60,000 bases of DNA, taken from contig OZ076409.1 of the NCBI GenBank assembly GCA_964187785.1, positions 19,036,001 through 19,096,000 of the forward strand, written 5' to 3'. Positions 39,974-52,283 of this stretch are shown piece after piece; position 1 is the stretch's first letter, and the number at the start of each line of letters is the position of its first letter. The DNA comes from Amphiscolops sp. MND2022 (lineage: Eukaryota). Below the pieces are notes generated by a model. It was given only the letters and a program-made list of their open reading frames with translations. It was not told the DNA's origin and made no database searches. The position numbers were made by a program, and so were the translations under genes.

Positions 39974-42900
39974 ATGGATTTCTTTCGAGGAAGCTCACCG
40001 CCAAATTTCATCTCCTTCTGTTTAGAACATCAGAAAGTTGATGAACCACAAGTCCAAAGCAACACTACAACTGGCAACCCCACTGGGCCTCTTCAACGTT
40101 CAGTTCCCATTTCAATGCCCAGCAGTGTACCTTCTCCCCCTCCATTTCCCCCAATTAGAGCTGTTCTCAGTCAAACGGCGCCGATGACTGCTGACTCTCC
40201 CTTCAGTAATGAGAGCAACAATGATGTCACCACTTATGCGGATGAGATGGTTCAGCGGATGGAAACTTCCCAAGGTCTCATCGATGATGGTCTTGCTCGC
40301 CACGATGAAGAAGGTCCATTTACGGATCAGGTCCCAGCGGCACAGGTCACAATTCAGGATCCTGAGTTTGTACGCTCAAGCACTCCAAATCCATCCAACC
40401 AGTCTGGGGCTATAGTAGTCAGCCTTTCCCAGCTTGAATCATCCCTCTCCGTTGTGCCAAAGACACAAGCTGACCTCCCTGAATTACAGGTCAACCAGGA
40501 CCAGACTCAAGAGGTGTCTGAAACTTCATTCCTTCAGTCTGAAGGGAATGCTTCATCCTCAATCATCGAACCGCCGCCACTCCCTGGGAGAAATGATCAG
40601 ACCAAAGTCTCTGGAGAATATAGCGACACCAATCAAACGCTGGAAAGTGCAAGTCATTCCGAAATACCTGCACTGTATGGAACAAACCCCTTCGACTCGG
40701 TTCCACTATCTAGGGGAAGTAGCGAATCTGGGTCTGAGAATCATGACCCGGGCCTACCGGGCACGTCAAGGGCAGGCCTACCGGTACAAGGAGAAGTTTT
40801 GCGAGATCTGTCAGGACGAGGTAGGGCAACCCTGAAACAGTATTTTGAGACTGAGGACCCATACACCTTCCCAGTCGGACAAAGAGTCGTTGCCTTCACT
40901 GAGCCACAAGTTTACCATTTACTCCGAGTTTTGACTGATGAGGCTATAAATATGACTTGTTCCACTATGGAGAAGATGGTAATTGGAGCTGTCAGTGGGA
41001 CACTTGCAACTGCCCCTTCACGGACTGAAAAATTTCGGTCAGTAGCTCGTTCCTCTACCCCAGGTCCCAATCAGCGTGTTGGATCCAGCTCCGAAGGGAT
41101 ACTGACTGAATATGATTCAGGGTCAGGATCCCAAGCTGACACGAGTATGCTTCAGAATGTCAGTGACTTCTTCAATCCAGATGAGAGTGATGGTGCCACG
41201 GAGATGGCTCTAATTAACCAAGCCTTTGGCATAACTGCTTCTGGGAGTTCTCCTCCTGTACCACAACCGGGACAGTCACAAGGCCTTTCTGAGGAAGGAA
41301 CTGAGTCTGCTGAGAAGAGTAGCCTCGATGCCACATTATCTGAGGTCCGTAACCGGTCTCCTACCCAGAAGCCCCGTCAGGGAGTTGCGACAGCCAAATC
41401 CACTAGAGCCAAGAGGGGACCAAAGCGCAGAGTACCCATGAGGGAGGAGTTTTTCTCCAACATAAGGTGGACGAGGTCTTTCATCTCAGGGCCAACTGGC
41501 CCTCTCCACAATCCACACATGGTATGGTGCCACATGTGCAAGAAAAACTTCAGCATTAAAACCAAGGGCACAGTTGAAATCTTACGCCACCACAGAACAG
41601 AGAAGCACCTACGTCGTGATCAAAGGTGGAGATATGAGCACCTTAGAACAACTGATTCAGTGACCGGAAAGATACAACATCGGGTTCGTGGGAGGAATGA
41701 CAAAATCCTCAGCAAGAGTGAACTAGCCCACGAACTGCCTAAATTCATCCACACTGAGCTCATCGATGTAGGAGAGAGACACCCCTTTTATGAGGATTAT
41801 CTGAAGGGCCATACCTCCGCACCTGTTACGCCTCAGTCGCGATTGCGGACTCAGATTTGTCTTGTTGGAGACTTTGTTCAGAGTTCGGGAGACCTGGCTC
41901 TACTTCGTCAACTGTGGGCGAGGGCTGCAACTACACAGGGTACCAAGCGGCCTTCCAGGACTTCGATTGGAGTGAAGATCATATAATGGTAAGTTTATTC
42001 AACTGCTCCTCATAGAGTCATGGTTAACATAACAGAGGGTTAGAAAAGCAGCAGCACATAGCCTCCCAATTTTGTTCCATTTCAGGCCGTCTTCCAACAC
42101 ATCTTCAATTGCATGATGGAAGACATATCTAATCTGGTTATCGCATCTCAACACTTTGGGATATGTCCCTCCGATTCTGGAATGGTGCCCAGCGTTGTCG
42201 GGTCTTCATCTGCCGGAGTGGTCTTACCGGCACTGGGCTTAGTGAAGAACTGGGCTCTCTGTCACGGCTGTTGTCCGTCATTTCTACAACCCCCGATGTA
42301 GTCGCCATCTCAGGATGCGCCGTCGACCTGATCAGGACAGTGGACAAGCATCCCACTTATCCTCGGGGTGTGCAGAGCTGCTTCCGCTTCGAGTGCCTCG
42401 ACCTCCAATCGCTGATGCACAAGATGAATTACAGTGTGTTTGGCCACATTGACATGTTCTCGGTGCTTCAATGCCTGCTAGTCTCACTTGGCGGGAGCCT
42501 CTCAGAAGACTGGGTCAACGAATCAGCTGAACTCGTTCGAGTAAGTTCACTTTGTGAATTCAGTCTGTAAGGTATTAGTGTGCAAAGATAAACTACACCA
42601 ATTGGCCCCTTGATCCTAAGAGCTGTAATATTCTAGGCGATTACAACTTGTACACTCGAAGTGAAAAGGATACCAGATTTGTGCCGGGACCTGCTGAAGA
42701 AGTGGAAGTCAATTCTACGATACCTTTCGGTCCATTCTCGCAGACAGGAAAACCAAGGAGTCCACAATAAGGTTACACCTCTTTAATGGTACTTATTTCC
42801 TTTAGGAGGAGTCCATGTTAATTGCTACCCTTTTGATAAGGTGGGCAGAGTTATTTGTCTCGTATTCCTCGTGTCTTTTACAGGTCCAGAGTTTTGAGTG

Positions 42901-44201
42901 GTCTCTCATCATGGACAACTTCTTCACTGCCAAACTAGAGCTGTTCCAGCGTCTGGTCAGCGATTGTGAGTATTTCCTATTTCGTGGTAGTCACTCTGGT
43001 CAGTTGTCCCTTTAAGGGTTTTTATCTTTGCATTTCAGACGTCACCAGTTTCACTATCAATCTAGCTCAAAGACGGGACGCTTCCTTTTTCCTGTGCGGG
43101 GAAGTATGCAGGTACATCAATCGTCTCTGTTTTCGTGTTTTCCGACCCGACACTGTGCCATTAGAGAATGCTTGGTTTCTGTTAATGGACTTCCAGCTTG
43201 GCCAAGGCACACTTATGGACGATGAAGACTTCCTGGTGCGACTTAAGATAGCCAGCAGAGTTGCCACTGCCTGTAACCTGAAAGCAGCCGGGCTCCACTT
43301 TAACAAAAAGTCCAGTACGGCAGCCATTGCCAAAACAGCTGAGGTGGCGAAGTCAGATTTTGTGTCCAGCGCCAAGGACTTTATCAAATTTCTGTTGGCA
43401 GGGGTCCTCCAACATACAGAGTTCACTTCCGACCTTATCAAGGGATTAGCCGCGTTCGACCCCTTTATTTTGTTCCAAAGACCTATGGATGTTGCCTTAC
43501 GTCATTTCGACTATCTGTATTCGACGTTCCAGCTGCGTTCCTGGGTCTCTGCATCAAGTGAGTCGGCTTGCCGAGATGAATATGTGGCCTTGTTGGACTA
43601 TCTCCGTGCTAATCATTCTACTGAATTCGTTTCCACCAGTCATCCTCCTGATCTCATTGACTTTTTTATGGGCTTAGATTTCCTTCAAACCCAAGACCAC
43701 ATTTGTTACTTGTTCAAGCTGAGCTGTTTGTGTATAACATCTGTTAGCCCCGAGTATCCCCCAGTGTCTTTTGGAAAGATTGACACTAGAGGACTTCAGT
43801 CTCGTTTGGCAGACGTTATCTTGCCCTGCCAAAGTTACTTGACATCAGTGCCTGATTCCCTGCTTGCCTGTTGTACTGAGTCCCGCCTTGAGAAGTTCTG
43901 TCATTTGTCCACTTCGTTTGGACAATCAGGCTTTGCCGCCGATTATGACCCTTGGACCTTCGTAGACGGTTTCGGCCGTTCTGCTATTTACAAGACTCTT
44001 GTGGCTTCTCATCGTTCTGTTCTCGCTGGGTCGGACTTCCATTTTAGGAGTCCCACTCTTCCTGATGTTTCTTCCGTGCAAGACGCACCCGCTGTCAAGC
44101 TGCCTAGTGAAAACAAGCGTAGACGAATGAAAAGGAGTTGTTCCCGTAGTAGATCCTCATCTGTCATTGAAGAGTCTCCTGCTGGTGGCTCTAAAACTTA
44201 A
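39974..44201 (+). pseudogene. Spliced antisense gene inside the Gypsy element: disordered N-terminus, BED-like zinc finger, hAT-transposase-like body; exons ~39974-41988, 42086-42540, 42637-42965, 43039-44201
   Basis: VWCHMCKKNFSI..EILRHHRTEKH; phase-compatible GTAAGT/GTAAGT/GTGAGT...AG introns; frameshifts near 41922, 42160 and 42785; AATAAA near 44387. Confidence 0.7.
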
Positions 44202-44447
44202 TTGTACATATGTATTTATGTACTTACAGGCTGTAAACTTTGCTGATTTTCTGTTTGTAATATTTGTTTCATCTTGTTGTTCTTGATTTCCTGATCCCGT
44301 ATTTATTTTCCTTGCAAGGGATCGTCCAAATGTTCCGTTATTTATTCAGAAAATACTGCCATATGGGACTGATTAAAAAGAGAAAAAATAAAAGAGAAAA
44401 GAGCATAACAGTTCAGGGTTAATTTCCTGAACCTAATTTAATTTTCT

Positions 44448-47400
44448 CTAGTAACTGTAGTCTTCTGAGTAGTTTGGGTTGGGATTAGGCCTGAGATTAT
44501 ATTTCCCTCCTCTAGGACTCAGACTTTCATTTCTAGCATCGTTTTCAGATATTTCGGGCACGATAATATCATCCCCCCTTTTCGGAGAATTTTGTGCATC
44601 GCTTTCGGTTCTAAAATTTTCATCGAGGAAAATTTCTTTGTCTTTTAGGCTGTCTGCCTTATCCGGCAAGGGTTTTTGATGGCTTTTTGGGGAATTGGCC
44701 GGATTCGGCCAATCAGGTTCTTCATTTCTAGACTGTTCACTAGCTTCGTTTCTTGTAGTGACGTCATCAATTAATCGTTCATTCCGGCTATGCGACGCAC
44801 GATCGGCAAAATTTGATTCATCACTCGTGATTACATAATCCTCTTCATTCTCGTGTGCGTCACTTGCATTCGGTTGTGCCGCATTCGGTTGTTCGCCATT
44901 CGGCACGCTAGTCGGAATAGGCTCGTTGTCTCGTGTAACTAGCTGCTCGCCAAAATCTGTTTCCCACGTTATGACGTATAGGTCATCTTGCGGAATGACA
45001 ATTTCTTCGTCTGGCTGCAGACGTTGTTCTCGGAAATTGTCCTCAAGCGGTTGATTGGGGACAAATTTTTTAAGACGGATCCGATGCAGAATTTGGGTCT
45101 TGTTCGTGTTAATCCGTCGTACTATATAGTTTTGATTTGGCAAGACTTTTTGGACTAAAAATGGTCCAACCCAACGGTAATCACGGAATGGAATTTTTGA
45201 TCCTTGATTATCCGCTTTGGGCTGTAAGACAAAACAGTATTCGTTCTCCTTCAGTGGAGCGGCTTTTGCTTTGCGGTCGTAATATTCTTTGTACTTGATA
45301 TACGACTGCATAATGTTCTGCTTTGTTTTGTCAATCAAGATTTTTGTCCGGTTTTGGATTTCTTCTGCAAATTCGGTTGTGGGGTTGATCTGCTCATTTG
45401 GGTTATTTCCAAGTTTGTGATCCAAGATATTAAATGGAATTCTTCCATGAAATACTCTCGTCGGTTCACAACCGATGCTGGCGTGATAACTAGTATTATG
45501 ATTCAGTACTGCTATTGGCAAGTATTTGTGCCACTGTCGGCGATATTCCCCACATGCCATTTTAAGATTTGTTTTCAATGAGGCATGAGTTCGCTCCAGT
45601 TTCCCAATTGTCTGCAGGTGTTGTGTCGTTGCACATTTGAGTGTGATGCCCAAAATCTGCGTAACCTCCGCGATAATTGTAGAAGTAAATGCAGTACCTT
45701 TATCAGTGATAAGAGTTGTTGGTAGATATGAGTGTTTAGTTATGATGTCAATGAGCGCTTTTGCTACATTGATCGCTGATGCGTCCGTGAGGGGATAGGC
45801 GAACAAATATCTGGAGAATACATCAATTGCTGTTAAGACGTTTTCATACCCACCACTTGGGGGAAGATTCGGCAATAGGTCTATTTGCATGGCGTCTTCA
45901 GGTCCGAGGTCCCATTCGGGCAAGTTGAGTAGCTCAGGTGTGATCGTTGCGTTAGGGACTCTTTTGTCTCTGGCACATTGTTCGCACCCTTCTACCCACT
46001 TTTTGACGTGTTTAGCCATGCTAGGGTAGTAATACCTCTGTCGAATTTCCTGCAGCATTTTTGAAATCCCAGGATGTTTATGCGCTGTCCCGTGAAGAGA
46101 TTGGAGCAATTCCTGGAGTAAATGTTGCGGGAGTAAAATTTGATGCTATTTAACGTTCCCTGTTTCATCGAAATATTGCCTTGTCAGGATTTCATCCTTT
46201 AGTACAATTCGATCCAGATTGTTTGCGTAATGTCTATATCGGGCATCCTGGTGCAGTAGATTTTCTGAATACTCTTCATGAAGCAGTTTTGCTTTCAATT
46301 GTTGTAGTACCGCATCTTTGGATTGCTCGATAATGATGTGGTTCGTTTTCCTCAATCGGACTTGTGTATCGGGGTGTTGCTTGACCAGATTTGTTGACAG
46401 AGTTTGTATAGTAACAGTGGGCTCATCAGTTGCTGGATTTTTCCTGATTGCTTCTTTTCTTGCACAAAACTGTTCTTCTGTCTCATCGTCGTCATTGGTG
46501 TAGAAGATTTCTTCGTCTGGCTGCAGACGTTGTTCTCGGAAATTGTCCTCAAGCGGTTGATTGGGGACAAATTTTTTAAGACGGATCCGATGCAGAATTT
46601 GGGTCTTGTTCGTGTTAATCCGTCGTACTATATAGTTATGATTTGGCAAGACTTTTTGGACTAAAAATGGTCCAACCCAACGGTAATCACGGAATGGAAT
46701 TTTTGATCCTTGATTATCCGCTTTGGGCTGTAAGACAAAACAGTATTCGTTCTCCTTTAGTGGAGCGGCTTTTGCTTTGCGGTCGTAATATTCTTTGTGC
46801 TTGATATACGACTGCATAATGTTCTGCTTTGTTTTGTCAATCAAGATTTTTGTCCGGTTTTGATTTCTTCTGCAAATTCGGTTGTGGGGTTGATCTGCTC
46901 ATTTGGGTTATTTCAAAGTTTGTGATCCAAGATATTAAATGGAATTCTTCCATGAAATACTCTCGTCGGTTCACAACCAATGCTGGCGTGATAACTAGTA
47001 TTATGATTCAGTACTGCTATTGGCAAGTATTTGTGCCACTGTCGGCGATATTCCCCACATGCCATTTTAAGATTTGTTTTCAATGAGGCATGAGTTCGCT
47101 CCAGTTTCCCAATTGTCTGCAGGTGTTGTGTCGTTGCACATTTGAGTGTGATGCCCAAAATCTGCGTAACCTCCGCGATAATTGTAGAAGTAAATGCAGT
47201 ACCTTTATCAGTGATAAGAGTTGTTGGTAGATATGAGTGTTTAGTCATGATGTCAATGAGCGCTTTTGCTACATTGATCGCTGATGCGTCCGTGAGGGGA
47301 TAGGCGAACAAATATCTGGAGAATACATCAATTGCTGTTAAGACGTTTTCATACCCACCACTTGGGGGAAGATTCGGCAATAGGTCTATTTGCATGGCGT

Positions 47401-50400
47401 CTTCAGGTCCGAGGTCCCATTCGGGCAAGTTGAGTAGCTCAGGTGTGATCGTTGCGTTAGGGACTCTTTTGTCTCTGGCACATTGTTCGCACCCTTCTAC
47501 CCACTTTTTGACGTGTTTAGCCATGCTAGGGTAGTAATACCTCTGTCGAATTTCCTGCAGCATTTTTGAAATCCCAGGATGTTTATGCGCTGTCCCGTGA
47601 AGAGATTGGAGCAATTCCTGGAGTAAATGTTGCGGGAGTAAAATTTGATGCTATTTAACGTTCCCTGTTTCATCGAAATATTGCCTTGTCAGGATTTCGT
47701 CCTTTAGTACAATTCGATCCAGATTGTTTGCGTAATGTCTATATCGGGCATCCTGGTGCAGTAGATTTTCTGAATACTCTTCATGAAGCAGTTTTGCTTT
47801 CAATTGTTGTAGTACCGCATCTTTGGATTGCTCGATAATGATCTGGTTCGTTTTCCTCAATCGGACTTGTATATCGGGGTGTTGCTTGACCAGATTTGTT
47901 GACAGAGTTTGTATAGTAACAGTGGGCTCATCAGTTGCTGGATTTTTCCTGATTGCTTCTTTTCTTGCCCAAAACTGTTCTTATGTCTCATCGTCGTCAT
48001 TGGTGTAGAAGATTTGTTCTTCTTGCGACACCCCTGCGGATTGGACATTGATTTCGATTGGTAGTGTTTGTACGTCTTCACGAATTTTCATCACCAATTT
48101 GTCCTTCGGATCTGCTTCTAATCGGGACAAATAGTCGGCAGCTGTATTTTGTGCCCCTGGGATGTGTGCTATGACGAAATTGAATTGAATGACGTAATCA
48201 CACGCGTTCCACAGGGCTGGGGGTATTATTTTTGTTTGAAAAAATCTCGTGACAGCTTTGTTGTCTGTAAGGATGATTGCCGGTTTCGGCGCACCCCAAA
48301 ATATATGTCCGAATTCTTTGAATGCAAAATAAATTGCAAGGAATTCCTTGGCATAAATTGACATCTTTATCTGCGCTGGGGTGAAAGTTTTTGATCCATA
48401 TGCGACTGGTGCATACGATTTCGTGAGTGACGTAAATTTCTGGCTTGGGTCGTCTTCGATTAAGACCGCGTATCCGGCTGCACCAAAACTTGCATCAGTC
48501 ATTAGTGCTATTTGTTTGTTCGGAATGGGTTGTTGTAGGGCCAAGTCGCAACATTTGTCTAGCGCCCTATTGATTTCTTCAAATTGCTGGACTAATTCCT
48601 TCGATACTAGGACCTTTTCGTCACTCTTCAGCATCTTGTAGAATGGAGCAAGGCGTTCTGAAAGTCTTGGGACATAATTCCTGTAGTAGTTTAGGAATCC
48701 CAAATAGCGCTGTAAAGCCTTTTTCGACTTCGGGAATTTAGTCTTTTCCAGAAAGTTTTGCACATTCTGTTTCTGGGGTTTGACGCCTTGTGGGGTAATA
48801 GTCCGTCCGAGAAAATCGATTTCTTTTGCACCGAAATGACATTTGTGCATTGTTAACTTAAGGCCTGCTTCCTGAATGCATTTGAATGTAGCTCTCAGGT
48901 TCGTCATGAGGTGGTCAACATCATTGGCTGCGATGCCGATATCGTCCACATACTGGGCACACTGATCCGCTTTGATGACTTTGTCGAGGTATTCCCTCAT
49001 GAAACTCGAGAATGCGGATAGTGACCGGCTAAGGCCTTGTGCCAAACGTCTGTAGGCGAATGTGCGACTGGCAAAATTGAAAGCCAGCATTTCGATTGAG
49101 CGTTGGTCAGCCATTGGTAGGCAGTGGTATGGCTGCGAACAGTCTAATTTACAGAACAGTTTTTTGCCTGCCAAGTGTTGGGCTGCATCAACTAGTGTAC
49201 TGACGGGATGATTGTTGTTGATATAATCATCCGAGATGAGGTTGTTGATTTTTCTCAAGTCAACCAAGAGTCGGAGTTTCCCGTTCGGTTTCTTTTGTGC
49301 AAATATTGGACTCGCATATTTCGAGAACGGTAGGGTGGTGATGATGCCATATTTGTGTAACATGGCTAATTCGACTAGGATGTCCTCCTTCAGATTGATA
49401 GGAGCTGGAAGGTTTTGACTATAGGCTGGGGAATCGTCCTTAGGTGTCAGTTTCACTTTGAAATCCTCGTTCATGCCTATATCAAATCGGTGTCGTGCAA
49501 AGATGTCATGGAATTCCACTAACAATTCCTCAATTTTCTCCTTCTCTTCAGGAGTAAGGGTGGAATCTTTCCAGTCAAAGTTTTCCAAGAATTTTGCACG
49601 CGATTCTGCATCTGTGGTGGGGTCGAGTGTCTCCAGGTCCTGTAAGGCCTGTAACTCGCGTAGGATTCGTTTTTGTATAGGTGTGTGTTCCTCAGGATTT
49701 CCAGGGTTTTCTGGAGTTGGGAACCAATAATTTTCGGAGTTTTGTGGATTTCTATTGGTTTTGATGAGACTGCTGACATAATGGGCTGCTTGCTCCTGGT
49801 CATTCTGCAAAAGGTGCCAGGTTGATGCCGGATCTACCGGTTTGACATACTTCATCTGTTCTGGCGTCATGACAGAGAAATTGGCAATATGTAGTCCTTT
49901 TTTGAGTTTATAAGGGTGGTCTGTGAAATTGCTCACTGGTATCAATATATTGCCGTCATTCAGAGTGACCAAGGCTGGGCAGAATGTGATGTCGCCTTCT
50001 TCATGTAGAAGGTCGCTCGGTTGCAAAATCCCAGTGACAGCATTTCCAGGGTATAGTAAGGAATTAGTCCGTATTAGGACTCTGTCATTTGGCGGAATGG
50101 GTATTTCAGCAGGGTTGAGGATTGGTTCAAGTACGTTTGAGTACTTATGGTCAGCTGTTTTGAGCTGCATTGAAAAGAACGGGAAATTCAAAATTCCTTG
50201 TCTCATGTCCAGTACTGTATGATTTCGTTGAAGGAACATTAGTCCAATGATCGGTCCTGTTAGATTCTCCATTACTATGAAGATTTCATGGAACTCAATG
50301 TCACCAACCTCAAATTTGAGCTCTATGGTACACTTGGGAGTTTCTAATTGGCCATTTGCGACCATTATTTGAAAATTCGGAGGCGGACCTTCCCGGATAA

Positions 50401-51160
50401 ATGATTGTGGTGATAGAAGTCGGATTTTCCGGAGGTCCATTTCAGGGATTGCACTGGAAAGTGCTCCAGTGTCAATTAGGCCGTCTATGGTTAATTCCCC
50501 GAAGTCCATCGGGAAATACAGCATTCTCTTCTTGCATTTGAGGTTGATACTGGTCGAAAGTGGTATACAGTCTGGTTCACCCTCTTTGGTAATGAGGATA
50601 TTTTGGAATTGTTTCTCGTCCAATAGTGATTGTGGAATTGGTTCTGTACTAGCTTTGTTAGTTTCGGTTCCCAAAGGGTTCGGGAATACTGGATGGTTAG
50701 TACCATCATTCATTTGCCAGTTTTCGATTAGTGCTCTGGTTTTCTTGTTATGGGTTATCGGAGGGTTTTCGTGGACTGTGGTTTGGTAATGGGCTATATC
50801 ATCCAGGACGTATTGGAATTGTAGGAGGTCCTGGTTGTAAATCTCAATGTCCCAATAGGGATCTCTGCCATAATCTGGGTCGATGTACGTTGGATTGTAA
50901 TCGTCGATCAAGGGAATGGGCCTGAATCGGGTTGTAAAGGTGGTTGTGTAGTCAGGATCCCAAACAGGAATTGGTTTTTGGAACAGATGGGTATTATTAT
51001 AGGTAATAACGATGGCCTTCTCCATCTGTTGCTGCCAGACAACAGAGGGGTAAGCCATCAATTTTTGTTGATTTTCATGGAAAGTTTTTGTTGGAGGATC
51101 CGACCTGATGTACTGACGGACGGATATTAGTTGATTGTATTGGAGTCGTGGCGAAGTTAG
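44448..51160 (-). pseudogene. pol: pol polyprotein (aspartic protease, RT, RNase H, integrase), with stops and an internal duplication
   Basis: LIDTGA; LRLLVDLRKIN; YVDD; TDAS..KE..TDN..ADYLSR; H-x5-H..CEQC; integrase IDLL..TDKG..ERTH; GPF motif. Stops at 47981, 47651, 46913 and 46146. Confidence 0.96.
45001..48015. repeat. 1506-bp tandem duplication of the integrase region
   Basis: 45001-46510 repeats at 46507-48015; ATTT microhomology. Confidence 0.95.
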
Positions 51161-51166
51161 TTTTTT
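51160..51166 (-). promoter_or_regulatory. -1 ribosomal frameshift heptamer A AAA AAC at the gag/pol junction
   Basis: TCA AAA AAC TAA ends gag; the -1 frame is open and in frame with pol (51160-51061 = 99 nt). Confidence 0.75.
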
Positions 51167-52271
51167 GACTCATCTTTGTTTGATGAGGATTGGGTATTGG
51201 AGGACATTGGTTTGCTGTGGAATTTAGGTGTCTTAGAGTCAGGGTCAGTGTCTGAAGAGTCTTCAGGCCTGGTACGTTTGGGTTTCAAGTGAGCACCTGC
51301 TCCCTGCCAACATCTCTCCTCTGGACGGTTTTTCTTGCCACAAGTCCCGCACTTAGGGTACGTTTTCTTTTCTGTCGATTTGCCTTGTTAGGCATCTTTC
51401 TCTTTTTTCTTTTTGAGTTTTTCACAGTCTTTGACCATGTGGTCTTTTTCCTTGCAGTAGTTGCAAGTTTTGTCCGACATTTGCCCAGTGGAAAGAGGGG
51501 TTTTAGTCTTAGAAGATGAGGAGGTCATTGTTGCCATGGGTAGGTCGTCTGACTCCTCAAGGGCGTTAAGCTCTAATTCCCTCTCTAAATGAGCAACGAT
51601 TTCGTCGTATGAGCCATTTTCTAATCTGGCCATGTTGACTGATCGCTTGAGTTTTGGAGGCAGTTTTGCGTACAAAAGACTGTCAATCATTTTTTGTGCA
51701 TGGTCGCCAAATGCTTTTTCTGCCCCTTGATTGAGTTCCTCAAGGAAATCCGGTAACTTCGTCGTATTAGGATCGAAGACCAAGCGGTGCCATTTATGCT
51801 TGGCAGTCGCTTGTGACTCGGGTTTGACGTATTTTCGTCGGAAAATGACTAAGACGTCTTCAAGAGTCTGTCGGTTGGTCGAGTTAATATTTCTGAAAGT
51901 CTGAAGAGCATTCTTCCTCAGGAGCGAATGAAAATGATTAATTTTCATCTGTTCAGTCATTTCTGGTTGCATCTTGATCATGGTATGAAACAGATCTTCG
52001 AACAGCTCAAATTTCTCACTTTTGCCATCAAAGGTCATGGTGTTTGAGTTGACCGGGCGTATGGTGAGTTGTTGGGCTGCTGGTCGATTCTGCATATTTG
52101 TCAAGACGTCTGCCAGTCTGGTAATTGGATCAGGGTCAACAACCGTGGCCGGTTTTTCTTGTGCTGGGATCGTTGTGTCAAGGTTGATGTCCTCGTAGGA
52201 CTGATCAAGATGGTTTCGTGATAGAATCCGTCCCGTGAGAAACTCAGGAATTTGATTGGGGGATTCGTTGT

Positions 52272-52283
52272 CTCCTGTCACCA
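52272..52283 (-). promoter_or_regulatory. Primer-binding site TGGTGACAGGAG
   Basis: Directly follows the CA of the 5' LTR; one mismatch from a tRNA-Leu-type PBS (TGGTGTCAGGAG). Confidence 0.65.
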
